Source: an uncultured virus (IMG/VR IMGVR_UViG_3300044627_000710) (taxonomy: Duplodnaviria > Heunggongvirae > Uroviricota > Caudoviricetes). From it: a stretch of DNA of 64,000 bases. Positions 1 through 11,100 of this stretch are shown here, in pieces. Position 1 is the first letter of the stretch. Each line of letters opens with the position of its first letter. The notes under the pieces are model-generated. The model searched no databases and was not told where the DNA came from. It worked only from the letters and a program-made list of their open reading frames with translations. The stretch lies in IMG/VR virus record IMGVR_UViG_3300044627_000710. One strand, 5' to 3'. The translations under genes and the position numbers were made by a program.

Positions 1-2
1 TC

Positions 3-272
3 GTCATGCAGCCTGCGGCTACAGCGCACGGCATCACGCTGACCGCTGCCGACACGGTGATCTTTTACGGCCCGCTGATGAGCGTGGAGCAGTACACCCA
101 GTGCATCGCACGGGCTGACCGCAAGGGGCAGAACGCCGACAAGGTGACCGTCATCCACATCGAGGGCTCGCCCGTGGAGAAGAAGATGTTCAAGGCGCTC
201 ACCGCCAAGGTGGACGACAACGCACTGCTCGTTGACCTGTTCAACAGCGAAATTAAAGAAAGGGGGTTGTAA
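3..272 (+). CDS. SNF2-family helicase, C-terminal part (partial)
   Basis: HELICc-type motifs QPAATAHGITLT and QCIARADRKGQ; matching N-terminus at the window's right edge. Confidence 0.85.
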   Translation, partial: VMQPAATAHGITLTAADTVIFYGPLMSVEQYTQCIARADRKGQNADKVTVIHIEGSPVEKKMFKALTAKVDDNALLVDLFNSEIKERGL

Positions 273-294
273 TCGACTCTGGACACTGTATACT
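267..294 (+). promoter_or_regulatory. putative sigma70 promoter
   Basis: TTGTAA-16 nt-TATACT upstream of RBS AGGAG (311) and ATG 322. Confidence 0.5.
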
Positions 295-321
295 CTTAGA
301 CACAAAGATAAGGAGAAAGCA

Positions 322-711
322 ATGACTGAAGACACCATCCCGATGGACAAGCTCGTGCGCATGTACACCAAGATGCGCACGGCCATCCAAGACCTCGACA
401 AGCAGATCGAAAACATCAAGGAGCAGCAGCAAGAGGTGAAGAACGCCATGAAGGATCAGATGATGGCGCTCGGTACCAAGTCTGTTCGCACCGACTTCGG
501 CACGATCACGCTCAAGGAGAAGACCCGGTACTACACCCAGGACTGGGACAGCTTCAAGAAGTTTGTGATCGAGCACGACGCTGTCGATCTGCTTGAGAAG
601 CGCATCGCGCAAACCAACATGCAGACGTTCTTGGAAGAGAACCCCAGCCTGCATCCCCCTGGACTCAGCAATACTGCCGAGTTCGATATCGCTGTTACCA
701 AGCCTCGTTAA
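322..711 (+). CDS. phage replication-module protein with N-terminal coiled coil
   Basis: RBS AGGAGAAAGC before ATG 322; lies between helicase and SSB-like gene. Confidence 0.75.
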   Translation: MTEDTIPMDKLVRMYTKMRTAIQDLDKQIENIKEQQQEVKNAMKDQMMALGTKSVRTDFGTITLKEKTRYYTQDWDSFKKFVIEHDAVDLLEKRIAQTNMQTFLEENPSLHPPGLSNTAEFDIAVTKPR

Positions 712-723
712 GGAGAAAGCACC

Positions 724-1620
724 ATGAGCAACATCGCTCTTTTTTCTGGTTCCAATGTTCCCGCCTTCGCCAAGAAAGGCGAACTGTCCGACCTCGCCAA
801 GTCCCTCGCAGGTGGCACTGGTGGTGGCGGCGGCAAGCGGGTGTCGATCAAAGGCGGCGTCTTCCGTCTACTCGTAGGTGGCAAGGAGGTCGCTGCAATT
901 GATGAACGCTATCTGGACGTGGTTGTCGTCAACGCTGCCCCCAAGATCGGTCGTACCTTCTACGCCAAGGCGTACGACGGTGAGACGCTCTCTGGCCCGG
1001 ACTGCTGGTCTGCGGATGGCGAGACGCCTAGCCCCGAGGCTGCGAACAGGCAATCAGATCGCTGCGCGACCTGCCCCCAGAACGTCAAGGGCTCCGGTAT
1101 GGGCGAGTCTCGTGCCTGCCGGTTTAGTCAGCGCCTCGCTGTTGTTCTTGCTAATGATATTGACGGCGACGTGATGCAGTTGCAGTTGCCCGCCACGTCG
1201 ATCTTCGGCAAGGAGGAAGGCGACAAGCGCCCGCTGCAAGCCTACGCTCGCTACCTCGCCGCACAAGGCGTGAGCCCCGAGACGCTGGTCACCCGCATGC
1301 AGTTCGACACCAAGGCCGAGGCACCCAAGCTCTTCTTCAAGCCGATGCGTTGGCTGACCGAGGAGGAGTACGAAAGCTCTGTGCGCCAGGGCCAGACCGA
1401 AGACGCCAAGCGCGCCGTTACCATGACGGTGGCCAAGACGGACAAGGTCGCGGCTCCCCTGGCCCTGGAGGGTACCAAGCCCAAGGCTAAGGCCGAGGCG
1501 CCCGCAGCCGAGGAAGAAGAGAACGCCCCGCCGACCAAGCGCAAGAGCAAGTCGGAAGAACCCGCAACCGCAGGCAAGCCGAATCTGGCTAAGCTCGCGG
1601 CTCAGTGGGACGATGAGTAA
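724..1620 (+). CDS. putative ssDNA-binding/annealing protein
   Basis: RBS; Cys cluster (PDCWS..CATCPQN..ACR); flexible tail ending WDDE; replication context. Confidence 0.6.
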   Translation: MSNIALFSGSNVPAFAKKGELSDLAKSLAGGTGGGGGKRVSIKGGVFRLLVGGKEVAAIDERYLDVVVVNAAPKIGRTFYAKAYDGETLSGPDCWSADGETPSPEAANRQSDRCATCPQNVKGSGMGESRACRFSQRLAVVLANDIDGDVMQLQLPATSIFGKEEGDKRPLQAYARYLAAQGVSPETLVTRMQFDTKAEAPKLFFKPMRWLTEEEYESSVRQGQTEDAKRAVTMTVAKTDKVAAPLALEGTKPKAKAEAPAAEEEENAPPTKRKSKSEEPATAGKPNLAKLAAQWDDE

Positions 1621-1626
1621 TCAACC

Positions 1627-1642
1627 GGGGGCTTCGGCCCCC
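1627..1642 (+). terminator. UUCG hairpin (weak terminator or processing site)
   Basis: GGGGGC-TTCG-GCCCCC just after the stop codon; only a short T run follows. Confidence 0.45.
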
Positions 1643-1649
1643 TTCCACC

Positions 1650-1931
1650 ATGTCCTATTCAGTCAAGACTGTTAAGGCCGTAAAGGCATCACCCAAAACG
1701 CTCGGGAGTCAACTCGGGCGTTGGGCCGTACATTTGGACTTCTCGGTCATCCGCATCGCCCAGGTTACGGGCGCATCGCGTCAGACTGTATACAACTGGA
1801 TCACTGGCAAGAACACCGTGCTCGCGCCTTATCGGCCTGCCGTTGAGCAACTGCTGGAGATTCTGATGAAGTCCAACGATAACGAACAAGCATGGAGCAA
1901 AGCATGTCAGGAATTCAGTATCAAAGCCTGA
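1650..1931 (+). CDS. helix-turn-helix DNA-binding protein
   Basis: VIRIAQVTGASRQTVYNWITG, a Cro/XRE-type HTH. Confidence 0.75.
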   Translation: MSYSVKTVKAVKASPKTLGSQLGRWAVHLDFSVIRIAQVTGASRQTVYNWITGKNTVLAPYRPAVEQLLEILMKSNDNEQAWSKACQEFSIKA

Positions 1932-2101
1932 GCGACGACGAGTTCGCTAGGCAGATTCAAGCCATCATCGACAAGGCGGGCGTGCTGCCGTCTGAAGTGA
2001 TTAACGAATTGGTCTACCGCGTGGACAACGGCGGGCGAGACAAAGAGCACGAACGGGCGCGTACCAACCCCAACCAACTGCCGCTGCCCTTCAACGAATA
2101 A
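1904..2101 (+). CDS. hypothetical protein
   Basis: GGAG RBS before ATG 1904; ends in QLPLPF, resembling a beta-clamp-binding motif. Confidence 0.6.
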   Translation: MSGIQYQSLSDDEFARQIQAIIDKAGVLPSEVINELVYRVDNGGRDKEHERARTNPNQLPLPFNE

Positions 2102-2113
2102 CTCGGGACATTC

Positions 2114-4993
2114 ATGGAACCGCTAGATTTCTTAGCGGCGGTTTTGCCGTCTCCGGGTCACGGGTATTACTGTGCGGCAGAACTCTCCTCACCCAAGAAA
2201 CAGCACGTCTTCACCGAAGACTTGGCTGAGATACCCACACACGCACGAAGCTGGCTTGAGGGGCAGCAGGATGTGTATTTCGCGCTTGCTACGTTTGCGG
2301 ATCGGGGTAAGCGCACCGCCGACAACGCCGAGTACATCAAGTCCCTGTTCATCGACATGGACGGGTACGACAGCCGCGAGGCTGCGCAAGCTGCACTTGA
2401 TGCGTTCCTAGCCGATACTGGGCTGGACGCCTATGGCAACCCGTGGGTCGTCGCTTCTGGCGGCGGGCTGCACTGCTACTGGCCATTCGACAAACCCCTG
2501 ACTGTGGCCCAGTGGAAGCCCATCGCGGAGGCGTTCAAGCGCCTGTGCAAGCAACGCTCCCTGGCCATCGACAACACGGTCACGGCAGACGCCGCCCGGG
2601 TGCTGCGCATTCCTGGCACCAAGAACTTCAAGAAGAAATACGGCGAGCCCAGGCCGGTGGAAGTCCTGTCGCAAGGCGCGGCGGTCCTCGATGCTGACGA
2701 GTTCTTCGCCAAGCTCAGCAGCCTGTTGGGCACAGCCGTGCCCACCCCCGCACCCCTGATTGATCTCCCAGGCAAGCGCCCAATCAACGCCACCAAGACG
2801 GGCGTGCAGATGCTGGCCAACAGCGTCGTGCGTTTCGGCACGATCATGAAGCGCACCAGTAGCGGAGACGGCTGCGCGCAGTTGGCCCACTACGTGGAGA
2901 ACGCTGAAGACGACGGCATGGAGCCGCTGTGGCGCGGGCTGCTGAGTCAGGCCAAGTACTGCGCGGATGGGGACAAGGCGGCGGTCATGCTCAGCCAACT
3001 GCACCCGTACGACGAAGACCGGATGCACGCCAAGCTGCGCGATATCAAAGGCCCCTACCCCTGCATCAAGTTCGATAGCGAAAACCCAGGCGTTTGCCAG
3101 AACTGCAAGCACTTCGGCAAGATCACCAACCCCCTGGCCCTGGGCCGGGAGGTCATGGCTGACACGTCGGAGAAGGAACTGGAGATCACCCCGGCTGACC
3201 CGGACGATCCCGATGCGCCCACCATCAAGGTGGTGCGCCCGACGCCTCCCCGGGGATACGCCTACGGAGTCAACGGCGGCGTGTACGTGGAGAAGATGGT
3301 CGAGGACGCGGACGGGAACAAGCGCAAGCAGCAGGTCATGATCTTGCCCTACGACATGTTCGTGGTGGACATCCTGAACAAGGAGAACGAGCACACTGTT
3401 CACATGATCGCGCACCGCCCAGGCAAGCCTGCGGATGTCCTGTTCCCACAGAAGGCGTCGGTCAGCAAGGACGAGTTGATCAAGGCCCTGGCCGCGCAGA
3501 ACATCATGGCCTCCTACGGGTCAGGCAACGACAAGAACCTGTTCGAGTACGTCCGGGCCTGCGTCGAAGAGGCCAGCGTCAACAAGAAGACCGTCAAGAT
3601 TCCTGGCCAGTACGGGTGGCAAGAGGACGGCACCTTCGTCTACAGCGGCAAGATTTACCTGCAAGACGGCACCACCCGCACGGTGCCCATGCCCGACCTG
3701 CAGAACATCACCCGCATCACGCGCTCGGCGGGTAACCTGGAGAAGTGGCGGCGCTTCCCTCAGATGCTGATCAAGCGGGAGTTGTACGACCTGTTGGCGA
3801 TCTCGTGCATCTCCTTCGGCGCTCCGCTCATGCGCTTCACCCAGATGCCCTGCCTGACGTTTCATGCAGGCTCAACCCAGTCGGGTACGGGTAAATCCCT
3901 AGCGCTGTCGCTGCTCAATTCGGTGTGGGGTCACCCGGTGCGATATCGCACAGGCAAAAGCACCTCCCCCGTTACGATGCAGCAGCGGATTGGCAATCTT
4001 AACTCACTCCCCTTCACATCGGACGAAATCACGCACAAGTCGCGTCACGACATGGAGTGGTTCCCGGGCATGGTGTTCGACCTGTCCGAGGGCCAGGGCA
4101 AGGAGAAGTCAGAGGTTCACCATAACCGCGAGCGCATCAACCTCGTGTCGTGGGCGACCCTGGCGCTCTTCACGTCCAACACACACATGCAGGACTACAT
4201 GGCTGGTGTGCGAGCGCACACTTCCCAAGGCGAGTTACTGCGGATGCTGGAGTGGACGCCCGAGGAGAAGCTGAACTGGACGCCTGAAGAAGAGCAGACC
4301 ATCCGCGTCCTGCAGGAGAACTACGGTGTGGCCGGTGAAGCCTACGTGCGTTGGCTCGTGCAGAACCAAGAGACGGCTGAGCGCGTGACCCGGGAAACCA
4401 TCGCCATGATCAAGCGCGACTGGCAGATGACTGGTGATGAGCGTTTCTGGGCCGGTGGCTGCGGCGCGATGATCGCAAGCGCCATCCTCGTCTCGTCCAA
4501 GTACGCAGGCATCATCGACCTGCCTGTCGCGGAGATCATCAAGAGTCTCAAGCGCATGGTGGACAAGGCCCGCCGCGTGGTGCGCAACGGCGTGCGCACG
4601 GCAGAGGATGTGCTCAACGCTTTCACCCGTGACAGCTACGGTCAGTTCGTCGTGATCAAGAAGAGCGACGGCAAGGTGTTGGCTGCACTGGGCAGCGGGG
4701 AGATCATCGACCAGACGATCACGCGCAACAAAGTCTTGGGGCGCGTGGAGCACGAGATCGAGGTAGCCGGGTACGTGGACTACTTCATCGAGGAGCAGGT
4801 CATCCGCTCACACTGCGTGGCGATGTCGTTCGGTTACGAAGACTTCAAGAAACAGTTGGAGCAGATCGACGGCTACACCGTGTCGTACATGCGCAAGGAC
4901 ATGATGGCCCGCACCAGAGGACCGCAGATGCGCATCCGAGCCATGTGCATCAGGCGCAGGGTTGAGCGTGATGCTCCCGTGGAAGACGCTTGA
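2114..4993 (+). CDS. primase-helicase (AEP/RepB-like primase, DUF927-like region, P-loop helicase)
   Basis: AEP motifs FIDMD, SGGGLHCYW, RVLRIPGT; Cys cluster CIKF..CQNC; Walker A QSGTGKS, Walker B FTSDE. Confidence 0.85.
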   Translation: MEPLDFLAAVLPSPGHGYYCAAELSSPKKQHVFTEDLAEIPTHARSWLEGQQDVYFALATFADRGKRTADNAEYIKSLFIDMDGYDSREAAQAALDAFLADTGLDAYGNPWVVASGGGLHCYWPFDKPLTVAQWKPIAEAFKRLCKQRSLAIDNTVTADAARVLRIPGTKNFKKKYGEPRPVEVLSQGAAVLDADEFFAKLSSLLGTAVPTPAPLIDLPGKRPINATKTGVQMLANSVVRFGTIMKRTSSGDGCAQLAHYVENAEDDGMEPLWRGLLSQAKYCADGDKAAVMLSQLHPYDEDRMHAKLRDIKGPYPCIKFDSENPGVCQNCKHFGKITNPLALGREVMADTSEKELEITPADPDDPDAPTIKVVRPTPPRGYAYGVNGGVYVEKMVEDADGNKRKQQVMILPYDMFVVDILNKENEHTVHMIAHRPGKPADVLFPQKASVSKDELIKALAAQNIMASYGSGNDKNLFEYVRACVEEASVNKKTVKIPGQYGWQEDGTFVYSGKIYLQDGTTRTVPMPDLQNITRITRSAGNLEKWRRFPQMLIKRELYDLLAISCISFGAPLMRFTQMPCLTFHAGSTQSGTGKSLALSLLNSVWGHPVRYRTGKSTSPVTMQQRIGNLNSLPFTSDEITHKSRHDMEWFPGMVFDLSEGQGKEKSEVHHNRERINLVSWATLALFTSNTHMQDYMAGVRAHTSQGELLRMLEWTPEEKLNWTPEEEQTIRVLQENYGVAGEAYVRWLVQNQETAERVTRETIAMIKRDWQMTGDERFWAGGCGAMIASAILVSSKYAGIIDLPVAEIIKSLKRMVDKARRVVRNGVRTAEDVLNAFTRDSYGQFVVIKKSDGKVLAALGSGEIIDQTITRNKVLGRVEHEIEVAGYVDYFIEEQVIRSHCVAMSFGYEDFKKQLEQIDGYTVSYMRKDMMARTRGPQMRIRAMCIRRRVERDAPVEDA

Positions 4994-5198
4994 GAAGGGG
5001 CAGGGGTTCTTCATCCCTGCCCTAGACCTCGACGCCACGCGTGAGGCGGGGCTAGTGGACGCTGTCAGGCAGCGGGTGGTGGACGCGCACGCTATGTACG
5101 CCATCCACCAGGGCATGCAGGGTGTGCTGTTTTACCGGCACACCAAGCACGTCACATCTCCCTCAACTTTGCGGCGTCCGAAGCGTCCCGCACCATAG
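4971..5198 (+). CDS. hypothetical protein
   Basis: Overlaps primase stop; PWKTLEKGQGFFIP start; overlaps the convergent giant gene at its 3' end. Confidence 0.55.
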   Translation: MLPWKTLEKGQGFFIPALDLDATREAGLVDAVRQRVVDAHAMYAIHQGMQGVLFYRHTKHVTSPSTLRRPKRPAP

Positions 5199-8100
5199 AC
5201 GACAGCTTGATCTTCACCTGCTGAATCCGATCCAACAGCGCGCGCTTCTCGTCTGGCGTCTTGTTGGATGCCCGGATGGCAGCTTCGACCTGCGTCAACT
5301 CACCCATCTCCTGTCGGTAGTAGCCCGCCAGTTCAGCACGGGCGTACTCGTTGGCACGGGCGTCGAGCAGCGCACGGGCCTCAGCCTTGTCACCCCGATT
5401 GACCAACTCGTTGAACGACGACTGAACCTTGCGCGAGTCGTCCAGGGCGTCATAGGTGCTGTTGATGACCCACCGGGCATCGTTGGGCTGGAAGGCGCTG
5501 CCAACCACCGGCATGTCGGACAGGCGCTTGGTGGCCTTCTCCGGCGTGTCCTTTGTGGGAATCGGCAGGCTTGCCGCCTGCAGCAGCGCCATACCCATCG
5601 TGCTGAAGTAGCCGCTGATGAGCGCCTCCAGTTTGATGGGGCTGACGCCCGCCGCACCACCGAAGAGCTTGGCCAGTTCGGTCGTCTTCTCGCGGTACTG
5701 ATACTCCGGCAGCAGTGCCTGCTCCTTGGCCGACAGCAGCGGGCGCTCGGTAAACATCGAGTAGTTGGTCATTACCTCGATGGCGGGCTTCATGGCTTGC
5801 GGGATGAAGTAAGCAGAGCCGCCAGGGATGGTGTTTCGCAAGATGCCGAGCAGTGCCTCCTTGGCTTGCTCCCCGCCACGCTCGTTGACGATGGTGTTGT
5901 AGAGCGCCTCGGGCAACGCCTTAAAGATGTAGCCGATTTCAAACGGGATCGGAATGCGCAGGGGCTCCGACACGCCGGGAAGGCGGATGAACCAATTGCC
6001 GTACTTCTCAGCAGGCAGTGCGTTCTTGTATGCCTCGTCGTCCTGCATTGCGTGGGCGTAGGCCAGGGTAGCCGCCATCAGCATGGCGCCGCGCGTGATG
6101 AGCTTAGCCTTGATCCGAGCACGCTCGCCTGCCGTAATCTGGCCGAACATAGCCCGGTACAGCACGTTCAGGCCCTGCACCTGCGCGTTGAAGAACGGGT
6201 ACAAGGAGTTCGCCATGTGGACACTGGGCGACGCGCCGCGCTTGTTGAAGTTCATCGACTCCAGCGAGAGCAGCGTGGCCTCCATCTCGGACATGCCCTG
6301 CTTGATGTAGCTGTTGTACTGAGCGCGGCGGGTCAAAGCGTCAGCTTCCATACCCGCCCACTCCAGCGCGCCGAGGGTCTTGGTAAGGGCTGACCGGCCC
6401 CCGACAAGATCACGCATGATCTTGCTCAGGTCTTCCTGCGTGCCCGTGAACATCTGCCCACCGGTGATGCCGCGCCGCTCAAGCGTGCCCTTGGCAGAAC
6501 TCTCAATCTCACGGAGCGCGCCCAGCACGGGCGGGAAGTCAGCACCAGACGCAATCGAAGCGGCCAGTGAGTCACGCATCAACTGACGCACCATGTACAG
6601 CGGGTTCAGTGTCACAGCGCGGCGCAGCAACTGCGTCGGAATCGTAACGGCGCGCAGGATGCCCGTGGTCTGGAGCGGGATGCCCTCCATGCCTTTGACC
6701 AGGATGTCCGCGTTGACGCCCGTGTTGACCTTCTTACCGCCGACTTCAACAGTATCGGTTTCAAGAACCGCGTAGCGGTCTTCGCCGTTGTGCTTGAACC
6801 GCACAACCTCCGGGCCGTCAACAGGCTTGGATGTGATCTTGGCCATGCCCAGATCAAGCAACTCGAACATCGCGTTGCGAGTGGCCAGATTGCGCAGCGC
6901 CAAGTCCACCATCATATTGGTGTTCTGCACCGAACTGATCATGAAGTCGAGGATCGGCTTATCGCCGCCCACCAACTCCTGCAGGTGCGGCATGTCCTTG
7001 ACGTTGCCCAGCTTGATCGGAGTCAGCCCACCAAGCGCCAGTTCAGCAACGCCGTTGCGCTCGCGGTACCAGGGAATGTAGTCCTTGGATGCAAGCAGTG
7101 CGTCTGCGTCTTTCTTGCTCAACACGCCCGCCTTTTGGGCGAAGCGCACGAGGTTCTCGTTGTACTGGTTGTAGATATCCCGAGCGTTGTCGAAGATGTC
7201 CTGCAGCCCCTCGACAGACCTAACCTGAGCCACGGTATCCCGCAGCTTCTGCTCAGTGATCTTGGGGTCGCGCAGGTCGAGCTTGTCGAAGCCCACACGC
7301 TCAGCGCGCTTTGCGGCCAGATACAGGGTGAACAGACGGCTCGTAGCATCGACATCGCCGACAAGGCGTGCTGCACCCTTAAGCGTAGTTGCCACCTGCC
7401 GCAGGCTGGGGCCAGTCTGGCTCTCGACAATAAACTCGCGCTCACCATCCCTACGCTGGACTTCGCGGACGTCCAGTGCGCCGTTGGCCACAGACTGCGC
7501 CGTGAAGTTCATGCGCTGGTCGTACATGCGCAGGTAGTACATCATCTGCGTACCCTTGAGCTTGTCCATGTATTTGGACAGCCGCTCGAACCCGGCAAAA
7601 CGATCTACCAGACCCGTCTCCATCGCCAGACCGCTGGACTTGGCGCGGATGGGTTGCCACCAAGATTGGTTGCCCGCAACGATGCTGCGCCCGAACGCAT
7701 CCGCCTCGGCCAGGGCCGGGTTCAGGTTGCGCGGACGATTGAGCATCTTCGGCGCCAACAGCGCGTTGTCAGCCTGGGTCGGACGCGGCACCTTCGTCAT
7801 CAGGTTATCAACCGCAGCCAACGTGGCTTCGAGCATGTTCTCCGGCGTCTTGATGCCGAGCAGTCGCAGCAGTGCGCTCTTGAACGAGTCCCACATGTGG
7901 CGCAGCGTCCACTTCTGCTGCCGCATCTCTGCCTGCATCACGTCGTCAGACAGCGCCTCAGACGCAAACTCACTCAAAGATGTTTTGGCGTTCGCGTTTG
8001 TCGCACCGCGTAACTTCTTATACGCCTCGAAGAGTTCTTCCAGTTCCCGCTTGGCGCGGCGCTGGTCATCCGTAAGCTGGTCTTCCGGCATCTGGATGAC

Positions 8101-11100
8101 GCGCTCGGTGGCAGCGTGGACGCCTTCGTGGATGAACGTGCGCTCGTTCAGACCGTACTTGGCATCCAGGCGGATGAAGGAACCGTCAGCCGCAGCCTGA
8201 CCGTATGCTGCCTGCCCATCCGGGTCACGCAGGTCTTTGACGATTTCGACGCGGGTGTTGCCCAGGAGCAGCTTCAGTCGGTCTGCAACAGCGCGGGCAA
8301 TCTCGGTGCTGCCCGTATCTGCCACGTTAGCTGCAACGACCGCTGCGCTCTTCTCGCTATCAACATCTTCTTTCAGCGCAGGCCCTTGCGACGCAGTCGC
8401 AGCCAGTTGCTGCAGCGTGTCAGGTTTATCAAACAGTGCGTCGAGGTCTTCGGTTCCGGTTTTCAGAATGCCGGTGTCCGCAACTTCTTCAGCGTCAAAC
8501 TCAGCGCGCTCCTGCTCAAGCGCCTTCTCTGCCAGTTCTTCACTGGTGAGTTCTTCTTCGCCCTCTTCTTCGCGGCGCTGACGCTCGACTTCGCTTTCTT
8601 TGGTGGGCTTGCGGCTGCGACGGTAATCCGTCAGCAGCATCTGCTCCAGTTCAGTCAGCGGCTCCTTGCGCTCTTGCTTGTCGCGAGCCTGCTCAACAAG
8701 GGTGAGTTCGGCAAGTCGAGCCTTCTCTTTGGCAGTTGGCGTTTTCTTCAGAAGCGCCTGCTTTTCCCGCTTAATCCGCGCGGCCTCTGTCGTTATTGCC
8801 GTTTCTTGCCCCACGCCCTTGCTGCTGTAGCGCGTGCCCTTGGGCTTGCGCTCCTTCTCAATCTCCGACTTAGTTGTGGCGGTGATATCCAGCTTGGGCG
8901 CGCCTTCACGTGCCGCAGCCTCGGCAAGTTCTTTCTGATTCAGGACGTCCTGAATTTCCTTGAGTTCGGCTTCGGTCTTGCGCTTGCGCGGCTTGGGCGG
9001 CTCAGCGACTTCTACTTCGCCACGATCAACCAGCCCCTTCAGCCACGCCTCACGACGCAGCATCTCAGACAGTGCTGCTTGATAGCCAACCAGACCCTTG
9101 GGCATTACCCGGGCGTTAAGCGCGTTGGTGACCGCGTCGTTGTATGCCTTCTCTAGTGCATTAACAATAGGCATCAAGTTGGCGCGAGCCTGTGACGTCT
9201 TAGCCGCACTATATGCACGCAACGCAGCTTCGTAGGGCGCTCGCTCCTTTACTCCTTCAACGGTCTGCGCACGAGCCTTGTCGTAGGCTTCCTTCAACGC
9301 CTTGGTGATCGTGGTGATGTAGGCGCGATAGCCCTTGAGCACTTGCTGCGGATTGCCCCGCACCTGCCGCATCTCGTCGGCCAAGATAGTGGGCGTGTCG
9401 TCATCCCGTGCCGCGCGCTGTGCGTCGGTAATGGGGTCGTACGCCATTGATCGCAGGGGCTGACCAAACCGATCCACACCCTCCGGCGCTTTCTGCTGAC
9501 GCTCAAGCGCAGCTTGCTGCGCAAGGTAGCCTTCGGTGCGCTTGAGATCGGCTTTGGCTCTGTCGGCGGCGTTTGCTGCGCGCCGCGCCGCCGCCTCTTG
9601 CGCGGCTGTACGCCCCTCGATGGAGCCAATCTCTTTGGTCAGCTTGGATGCCGCCGCTTGGGCAGAACGCAGTTCTTTTTTGGCTGCGGCAAGCGCAGCG
9701 CGATCCACCGCTTCCTGGCTTTCGTACTGATAGGCTTTGAGTTCGGCGTTGGTCAAACGCGCTATTGCGTCAACACGCGCCAGTGCCGCACCAATTGCGT
9801 CGAACTGTTGGGTCAGCGCGTTGATGTGTTTGCCGACAGCGGTCTTGCCCTCTTCCGCAACAAGCTGCTCCTTGAGCAGCGACTTGTCTTTGTCAGAGAT
9901 GTTGAACTTGTCGATGAAGTCCGACGCTTGATTGCGCGGAATCTTGAGTTCGACAAGCGCGGCACCCAGTTCACCCTGGCGCGCCACTGCGGTCAGCACG
10001 CTGCCAAAGTTTTCCTGCACGTTAGCCAGTTCTCTGCGCAGCGAATCGGGGTCAAGTCCGGCGCTGCCAAACTGTTTCTCGGCTGCACGCAGTTTTGCCT
10101 GCTGCTCCTCGGCAACTTTCAAGTACTCGCGGATTGCAGCGATGCGGTCGGTGATACCCGTCGTTCCTGAAACTGTAGCCGTCTCAGGAATCTCAAGGGA
10201 CTCAAGCGCACTCAATTCTTTCTTGAGCGCCCGAATCTGCGTGGCAGGCAGCATCTCTGCCCGCACGGCTTCAATATCGGCAATGACCGCGTTGAGCTTG
10301 GCAATCTTCTCGTTCAGTTCGTCAAGCTGATTACGCGCCCGCCCCAACTTCTTAGCGTCGGGTTCAAACTGTTTGCGCAGACGATCAGCCTCTGCGCTGT
10401 CGAGAAATCGCTGGAACCGACCAGGGGTAGCGCGCTCGGTGACGATCTTGGCCTGCTCTTCGGGGAACAAGCTCGTCTGCCCCATCTCACCTTCGCGTCC
10501 ACGCTCGGCCTGCTCCACAAACGGCTCAAGCTCGGCCTGGAGAGACAGCGGCAGCGCCTTGGTGCTGGGGCCGCGAAGAGTGCCGGGAACAAGTTGATCG
10601 CCCTCAACGCGAGTGGGCGTAAAGTCACGTGCGGGACGCTTGGTTACTGCAGCCTTGGCCTGCGCCATTTTGCGCAAGTTCTCGGGCACTCGGCCTTCTT
10701 CAAAGTCAGCAAAAGACTCAGCACGCGCCTGCTCGGGCTTCATGCCTGCGTTGACCTTCTGCTGATACAGCGCCTGCTTTATGATGTCTTCTGCCGTAGC
10801 ACTTTCAGTAGCGGCCACGTCCGCGCGGCCCTCAGCAGGGAATGCCTGCAACGTAGTCTTGCGACCTGCGCCAGGACGCGCCATGCCCTCTTCGCCGCTT
10901 TCAATACGACGAAGCTGTTCATCAAGCAGGCGGAAAAGGCTGCGTGTAGGCGCGGCTGCTTCACCTTCAGGTGTTATCTTTTTCGGACGGGTTACGTTTG
11001 CAATCTGCTCAATATCTACGAGCATTTTGAGAATCTGCTCGTCGGTTTGTTTTCCTTGCTTACCAAGATTTACCAGGGGAAGTTCTTTACCTTGCCGCAC